Shown in pieces: positions 56,808 through 64,000 of a stretch of DNA of 64,000 bases (positions are counted from its first letter, which is position 1; each line of letters opens with the position of its first letter). The stretch covers positions 27,528,001 through 27,592,000 of the forward strand of contig OX597819.1 in the NCBI GenBank assembly GCA_951406725.2. The letters run 5' to 3'. This DNA is from Octopus vulgaris. Its lineage: Eukaryota. The position numbers were made by a program, and so were the translations under genes. The notes under the pieces were generated by a model. It was not told where the DNA came from. It worked only from the letters and a program-made list of their open reading frames with translations, and made no database searches.

Positions 56808-56808
<1 letters not shown>

Positions 56809-57177
56809 CGCAGGAGTGGCTGTGTGGTAAGTATCTTGCTAACCAACCACACGGTTGCGGGTTCAGTCCACTGCGTGGCATCTTGGGCAAGTGTCTTCTG
56901 CTATAGCCCCGGGCCGACCAATGCCTTGTGAGTGGATTTGGTAGACGGAAACTGAAAGAAGCCTGTCGTATATATGTATATATATGTATATGTGTGTGTG
57001 TTTGTGTGTCTGTGTTTGTCCCCTAGCATTGCTTGACAACCGATGCTGGTGTGTTTAGGTCCCCGTCACTTAGCGGTTCGGCAAAAAGAGACCGATAGAA
57101 TAAGTACTAAAAGGTGGTGCTCCAGCATGGCCGCAGTCAAATGACTGAAACAAGTAAAAGAGTAAAAGAGTAAAAGA

Positions 57178-57180
<3 letters not shown>
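56808..57180 (+). mobile_element. SINE family A
   Basis: Head ggcgcaggagtggctg and tail (taaaagag)3; within (TA)n. Confidence 0.9.
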
Positions 57181-57237
<57 letters not shown>

Positions 57238-57316
57238 ATATATATATATATATAAATATATATATATAGATAGATAGATAGATATACATATATACATATA
57301 CACATATATATATATA

Positions 57317-57347
<31 letters not shown>

Positions 57348-57470
57348 GAATGTGCATATAAATGTATCTGTAGGTAGGTTTGTGTATATATTGCACACAC
57401 ACACATACATGCATACATACATATACATATGCAAACACAAATATGTATATATATACATATACACACACAA

Positions 57471-57502
<32 letters not shown>

Positions 57503-57558
57503 ATTAGTATATATATATAGCCATGTGTATATTTGCACAGGCAGACAAATAGACAGAC

Positions 57559-57645
<87 letters not shown>

Positions 57646-58079
57646 GCTGGAAAGAAGAAAAACACTATAAGAATGAAATATATAAAATATACGATGTGTG
57701 TGTGGGGGGCAGGGTTGTCTTGCATTTGTGTATGGACACGTGCGTGTGCGTGCTTGTAGATAGTCTCTCGCTACACGTCTTTGAATATATGGCGGAACAT
57801 ATGTTTGAAATGATGAACAGCTGTCTCATTAGAGACATCATGGTGAGAGCAAGAGATAATGATATGAAAGAACTCTGGGTTGTGTAGAATAGGGAATAGG
57901 GACCTGTTTCGTTCCGTTTCGTTCACTTGACTGCTGTTAGGTTAGCTTATTCCAGTCGTCTGTGGTTTACCGGGTTAGGGGAATCTGTGCACCACAGAAG
58001 CAAAGTAAAGTGCAAAATTCAACGAAGTGTGTTTCTTTTAACCCTTTGTTGTAAGAATCATGATATAGGCACAATTTAC

Positions 58080-58480
58080 TATAGGCACAAGGCCTGAAAT
58101 TTTTAGAAAGGAGACTAGTTGATTCCATTGACCTCAGGGCTCAACTGGTACATATTTCATCGGCTCTAAAAGTTTGAAAGGTAAAGTTGACCCCGGCAGG
58201 ATTTCAACTCCGAATGCAACGGGGAAAGACATTTTGTCCGGCGGGCAAACAATTCGCCGCCTTGCAATAATAATGGTTTCAAATTGTGACACAAGGCCAA
58301 CAATTTTGGAAGATGGGGTTAGTCGATTACATTGACCCCAGTGCTCAACTAGCACTTATTTTATCGAGCCCCGAAAGGATAAAAAGCAAATTTGATCTCA
58401 GCGGAATTTGAACTTAGAACGTAATGACTGACAAAATACCGCATTTTGTCTGATGCGCTCAGCAACTGTGCCTCCCCGCA
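58080..58480 (-). mobile_element. Two old SINE family D copies
   Basis: ggcacaaggcc...gacccc...gaaaggat...ggcggaatttgaact-like segments. Confidence 0.65.
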
Positions 58481-58564
58481 GTAACAGTCCTTTCTGTTGC
58501 AGGCACAAGGCCTGAAACTTTGTTGAGAAAGGATAATTGATTACGTTGTGTGGTATTATTGAAT

Positions 58565-59126
58565 GGAGGCGCAATGGCCCAGTGGTTAGGGCAGCGGACT
58601 CGCAGTCATAGGATCGCGGTTTCGATTCCCAGACCGATTGTGAGACGAATGCTCTAATCATTAAGTCATTAGCGTATTTAGCCGTCGTATGAGTAGGGGT
58701 CTTTGGAAGTTTTATTTTCACACTACGGATAATATCACGATAGTGGAGGTGCAATGGCCCAGTGGTTAGGGCAGCGGACTCGCGGTCATAGGATCGCGGT
58801 TTCGATTCCCAGACTGGGCGTTGTGAGTGTTTATTGAGCGAAAACACCTAAAGCTCCACGAGGCTCCGGCAGGGGATGGTGGTGATCCCTGCTGTACTCT
58901 TTCACCATAACTTTCTCTCACTCTTACTTCCTGTTTCTGTTGTACCTGTATTTCAAAGGGCCGGCCTTGTCACTCTCTGTGTCACGCTGAATATCCCCGA
59001 GAACTACGTTAAGGGTACACGTGTCTGTGGAGTGCTCAGCCACTTACACGTTAATTTCACGAGCAGGCTGTTCCGTTGATTCGGATCAACCGGAACCCTC
59101 GTCGTCGTAACCGACTGAGTGCTTCC
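58565..59126 (+). mobile_element. Composite family B SINE (head, captured flank, full copy)
   Basis: TSD attattgaat at 58555-64 and 59127-36. Confidence 0.88.
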
Positions 59127-59859
59127 ATTATTGAATACTGGATACTTGAATACCTTGACTGGTATTATTCTATCGACCTCGAAAGGTTGAAAGGCAAAAC
59201 TGACCTGGTATTTGAACTCAAAATGTAAAGATGGACGAAACGCTGCTAAGCATTTCGTCCGGTGTGTTTCAGCAAATAAGGATGGATATGCAGAATTGTT
59301 AGACTATCGAACAAAATGTTTTGCGATTATTTACGTTATGACTTGAAATCCTTCCAAAATCGTCTGTGTCTTTCATCCTTTCGAGGTCAGCAAAATAAAG
59401 TACTTGTCAAGTACTGGAATCTGTATGATAGACGAAACCCCTCTCCCTCAAATTACTGACCTTGAGACTAACATTACACCTAAATAAGAAACAATTGATA
59501 ATGGTTTGCCTTTTTGGCACAGTACTTGATTGACATTTATTTTATCAACCCTGAAATTATGAAAGGCGAGGTCTGCCTCGGTGGAATTTGAAACAATAAA
59601 AAAAAAATTGATGATGACGATGGTTTAGTACAATCATAACAGAGTTTGCAAAAGAATGCTTTTCAATATTTATTCTGATCCTACGTTCTGAGTTCAAATC
59701 TCGCTCAGGTCCCAACTTTGTATTTCATTCTTTCGAGGTCGATGAAATAAAGTATCGTCCAAGTGTTATGGTCGAAATAATCGACTAACTTCTTCCCATT
59801 AAAACTGCCCGTCTCGTGCCAAAATCCTAAACCATTGTTACTATTATCATATAAAAGTG

Positions 59860-60200
59860 AAGGCGAATGGCTCAGTGGTTAGGGCGTCGGGCTTACCATA
59901 ATGAGGCACCGATTTCGATTCCCGGAATGAGATGTATGTTGTGTTCTTGAGCAAGACATTCTATTTCACGTTGATTCAGATCACTCAGCTGTAGAAATGA
60001 GTTGCGATGTCACAGGTGCCAAGCTGTATCGGTTTTTGCTTTTCCCTTGGATAACATCAGTGGCGTGGAGAGGGGAGGCTGGTATGCATGGGCGACTGCT
60101 GCTCTTCCACAAAAACAACCTTGCCCAGACTTGTGCCTCGGATGGGAACTTTCTAGATACAATCCCAAGGTCATTCATGACCGAAGTGGGTCTTTACTCT
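59860..60200 (+). mobile_element. SINE family C
   Basis: Colinear with 3374-3710. Confidence 0.8.
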
Positions 60201-60285
60201 ATTTATAACTCATAATGGCTTAGGCACGAAGTAAATTGTACGTTAGATGTAATTCAGAGCTTTGAAGGACATGGGTTTTTACCTA

Positions 60286-60512
60286 TTTCTTTATTACCCA
60301 CAAAGGGCTAAATACAGAGGGGACAAACAAGGACAAACATAGGTATTAAGTCGATTATATCGACCCCGGAGCGAAACTGGTACTTAATTTATCGACCCCG
60401 AAAGGATGAAAGGTAAAGTCGACCTCGGCGGAATTTGAACTGACAACGTAACGCAGACGAAATACCGCTAAGCATTTCGCCCGGCGTGCTAACGTTTCTG
60501 CCAGCTCGCCGC
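60286..60512 (-). mobile_element. SINE family D with TSD
   Basis: Flanking tgggtttt(t)tacct duplication. Confidence 0.85.
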
Positions 60513-61044
60513 TGGGTTTTTACCTCCTTCAAGTTAAGTCCTCATGAATTGCTTCAAGAATCACTCGAGAAATAAGATGAAAGTAAAAAAAGGCGGCGGA
60601 GTGTTATCCCACTTTCTTTATTATAATATTATTCTTATTATTATCTGTATTTTGATATCATTTTATGAAATGTGGATGAGAATGACAAAACTGACAGGCT
60701 TCATGAACATACAAACTACACGGCTGTAGGCTTGCGGCAAGAAGTGCCTTTGGGTTGTATCAAGAAAGTCATCCAGTTGTGTGTGGTGTACGCCGAATCA
60801 CCTTATATGGTCACCAATCCCCCACACCCTTTTAAGGATCGTTTTTCTTGTCTTTTACTGTTGTTGCTATTTGTTATAATCTATTTTATTAATGGCTCTT
60901 TTGCTAATGCTATTCTCACCCTTTGTACTCGACGCTAATCCCCTCTTGTCGCCCAGTATTCCTTGTTTATTTGATTTTTTTATGTATTTCTCCTATGTAC
61001 TGTCCCTAACGGATTAGACTTTTGTAGCTAATAAAAGAAAACAC

Positions 61045-61393
<349 letters not shown>

Positions 61394-61932
61394 TGTTTGT
61401 TTGTTTGTTTGTCGAAGACAGGCGTATGTCGTTTCGCACCGATGGAACTGAAATTTTTTTTTTTTGCCATATCTACTAAAGATTTTTTTTTTTTCTTTTT
61501 TCAAACTGTGAATCCCTACAAACCTGTGAAGTTTATTTCAATGTACTTCAACGTACGCAAGAAAAGTCTGATTTGAAACATATTACAATTTTATGTTTGT
61601 ATGTACAGTTTTATTTTTTTATTTTGTGAGTTAGCATTTTTTTTTTTTTTTTTTTTTCAATATTTCTAATCTTCTTAAAGCAGGCGTAAACGTCTTTTCC
61701 TATAAAAAGATAATTTGAAACAAAGTAAACACGTTTTCACAAACAGTAAACAAGAAAGCGTACAAAACAAATTTAATTGCACAGTAGGGTGTATAGTTTA
61801 CAATATAAAAGAAAATATATAAAGACTTTTCAAAAAAAAAAAAAGAAAACTATTTTAATTCCAACTGAAGTCAAACAACATGAAAAAATAATGCACACAA
61901 ACACAAGCACATGCAGACACACACATAGGCAG

Positions 61933-62001
<69 letters not shown>

Positions 62002-62079
62002 AGTATACACAAGCACATTGTTTACCAAAGGAATAAAACAAGGGAGATAATGATAATAATAGATTTTTTTTTTTTCATA

Positions 62080-62460
62080 GGCGCAGGAGTGGCTATGTGG
62101 TAAGTAGCTTGCTTACCAACCACATGGTTCCGGGTTCAGTCCCACTGCGTGGCATCTTGGGCAAGTGTCTTCTACTATAGCCTCGGGCCGACCAATGCCT
62201 TGTGAGTGGATTTGGTAGACGGAAACTGTATTTGTGTGTATGGTTGTGTCTCTGTGTTTGTCCCCCTAGCATTGCTTGACAACCGATGCTGGTGTGTTTA
62301 CGTCCCCGTCACTTAGCGGTTCGGCAAAACAGACCGATAGAATAAGTGCTGGGCTTACAAAGAATAAGTCCCGGGGTCGATTTGCTCGACTAAAGGCGGT
62401 GCTCCAGCATGGCCGCAGTCAAATGACTGAAACAAGTAAAAGAGAGTAAAGAGTAAAGAG
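62080..62460 (+). mobile_element. SINE family A
   Basis: Full length, with a small deletion at the internal microsatellite. Confidence 0.9.
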
Positions 62461-62602
62461 TATGTATTCGCGTTGCTAATCACATCAACTGTTCAACATG
62501 AATCGACTGGCCGAGAAGTAAAGTGCGGCACAGTTTTGTAACCAAGAAATATATCTCTGAAATATTTAATGAACGATTTGAAACCATACACACTCTGTAG
62601 AT

Positions 62603-63080
62603 CAGAGGTTCTCCCCAATTTTTTTTTATCTATGGACTCCTGTGATTGCTATTTTATTCTGGTGGGTCCCCATAGTCATTTGGTGTTTAAAATGACTAAT
62701 AGGTAAAAATGGTTTCAAATTGTGACACAAATTTTGAGCTAAGGGGTTAGTTGATAACGTCGACTCTTGTGGTCAACCGGTACTCATTTTATCGATCCCG
62801 TGAGAGAAGTTAAATTTAACCTAGGCAGAATTTCATCTCAGATCTTAAAGAGTCTGAAGAAGACCGGCTAGGCATTTTATCCAACATGCTAACGATTCAG
62901 ATATAATAATCTGAAGATCTAAGAGTCGAGAAAAATGGTAACCAAAACAAGCCCAAGTTCTATAAAAACTTCTTTCAAAATTGCTATTTTGTCTCTCAAA
63001 CATTAACAATATATATATATTGCGTGGACGTCCCCCCCTTACCACCCAAAATCTTATATGGACCCCAGTTGAGAACCTCT
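62603..63080. mobile_element. hAT-like MITE interrupted by an old family D SINE
   Basis: TIRs cagaggttctc...gagaacctct. Confidence 0.55.
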
Positions 63081-63699
63081 ACTGTGGGACATAGGGTGCA
63101 GATGGAGAAGAAAATATGACCAGATTTCAAGAGGTGCCCGGCTGATGACCTATTGGAGAAAAGCAAGAAATACAAAGAAGCCAAAAATTCAATCACGCTC
63201 AGAAGCATTTTGTACTTCTTACCGCACCGAACACACACAATGTTCACAATAGGTGCAAGAGTAGCTGTGTGGTAAGTAGCTGCACGGAGTACCCTGAGTG
63301 GCCTTCGCAGGTGGCTGCGGAGGTCCTATGGGAACGTGAACTGTGCAGGATCGTGAATTCCTTTCCGGAGGACTCCTATAGATTTGTACCTGTGTGGTCT
63401 GGCCTGGGACCGAGTGAGTGCTTCGATGAAGCAAGAGCGCTGGTCGGCCGGGTAACCTGAATTTTCTGTGTTTTAAAAGAAAAAAATAGAACATTGTATT
63501 ATATTGAGTAATAGGTTTATTGCCTCATTTGTGATTTTTTGAAAAAAGAAGATTGTTTTAGAGAAGCGGAAGTCGGCGGGCGCTTTCGTCTTCTCACATC
63601 ATCATCATTGTTCCATCACCATCATTCATATCATTAATGTCTATGTCCAGCCCGCAAAGCTGCATCTGTGTAATGCCCCTGTGGCAAATTAGATAAAAT

Positions 63700-64000
63700 A
63701 AAGTAGCTTGCTTACCAACCACATGGTTCCGGGTTCAGTCCCACTGCGTGGCACCTTGGGCAAGTGTCGAGCCGACCAAAGCCTTGTGAGTGGATTTTGT
63801 AGACGGAAACTGAAAGAAGTCCGTCGTATATATGTATATTTATGTGTATATGTTTGCGTGGCTCTGTTTGTCCCCTCCCCCAACATCGCTTGACAGCCGA
63901 TAGTGGTTTGTTTACGTCCCCGTAACTTAGCGGTTCGGCATAAGAGAACGATAGAATAAGTACTAGGCTTACAAAGAATAAAACCCGGGGTCGATTTGCT
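63700..64000 (+). mobile_element. SINE family A, running off the window end
   Basis: aagtagcttgcttaccaaccacatggttccgggttcagtccc... Confidence 0.88.

Noticed and set aside
63136-63170. CTGATGA-CCTATTGGA-GAAA hammerhead-like string
   Set aside because: No stem III, cleavage triplet or stem I partner.
63269-63460. GC-richer 63-aa ORF as a possible exon
   Set aside because: It starts within a SINE A head fragment, has no recognisable domain, and its splice context is unconvincing.

Overview
This is AT-rich eukaryotic non-coding DNA, intronic or intergenic, saturated with microsatellites and tRNA-derived SINEs. The repeat repertoire looks like an octopus (coleoid cephalopod) genome; that assignment is from memory, not a search. 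I recognise no intact host gene, and almost all listed ORFs are microsatellite or SINE artefacts. Recognisable transposon fossils are a mariner, a near full-length DD37D/maT-like Tc1-mariner, RTE and R4/Dong LINE 3' ends, two non-autonomous Helitrons, hAT-like MITEs and possibly a MULE. The main unannotated signal is about 18 hammerhead-ribozyme (HHR) motifs, read by eye, from at least 9 unrelated short repeat families. Most sit in or next to (TA)n tracts, and many are in inverted or palindromic arrangements. They resemble Penelope pseudo-LTR or retrozyme-type non-autonomous retroelements. Highlights are a back-to-back HHR pair with one on each strand (10.76-10.86 kb), intact GUC-cleaving HHRs (2.9, 21.2, 50.6 kb), candidate type II HHRs (47.6, 51.1 kb) and an ~840-bp terminally redundant element (51.7-52.7 kb). 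The window also records local DNA-templated copying (47.6 to 45.2 kb; 45.2 to 58.7 kb) and a chimeric SINE family. Coordinates were counted by hand and repeat boundaries are approximate.
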